The notes below the pieces were generated by a model. It made no database searches and had not been told where the DNA came from. It was given only the letters and a program-made list of their open reading frames with translations. A DNA stretch of 62,984 bases, the filler included, from Lenisia limosa (Eukaryota > Protista > Breviatea): assembly GCA_001655205.1 (NCBI GenBank). It is 7 parts of 7 records of this genome, joined end to end, with 100 filler letters (N's around TTAATTAATTAA, not from the genome) between each part and the next. Parts side by side here need not be neighbours in the genome. Positions count along the whole stretch, not along the records: positions 58,280 to 62,984 come from LPNZ01007363.1; 6 more parts are not named here. The stretch is one strand, 5' to 3'. Positions 62,964-62,984 of this stretch are shown in pieces. Every line of letters starts with the position of its first letter. The first letter of the stretch is position 1. Both the position numbers and the translations under genes were made by a program.

Positions 62964-62984
62964 AATACGAGACCCCCCCCCCCC

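Overview
Intron-rich eukaryotic draft DNA with GT-AG introns and standard stop codons. A Rib72/EFHC-type DM10 gene suggests a flagellated organism. The window is not one locus: six 100-bp artificial spacers (44 N + TTAATTAATTAA + 44 N) join seven independent segments, so synteny across them means nothing. Segment 1 (1-23304) holds a Gln/Pro-rich gene, a 55-60-exon ABCG transporter with an ADP1-like Cys-rich ectodomain and two NBD-TMD modules, and a CPR-type diflavin reductase with its 5' end missing. Later segments hold: a divergent gene pair (one LIM-like); a degenerate pogo-type DNA transposon (32-bp TIRs, TA TSD) carrying a tRNA-like Pol III cassette just before its transposase and an ankyrin fragment; a CK1-like pseudokinase; an SH3-PH protein; EFHC/Rib72; and a divergent ALG3. 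Several short repeat families populate the introns. Two are conventional MITEs. Others lie mostly sense to unrelated host genes and end at or near 3' splice sites, which is the most unexpected pattern here. Exon coordinates were read by eye and are approximate to a few bp.
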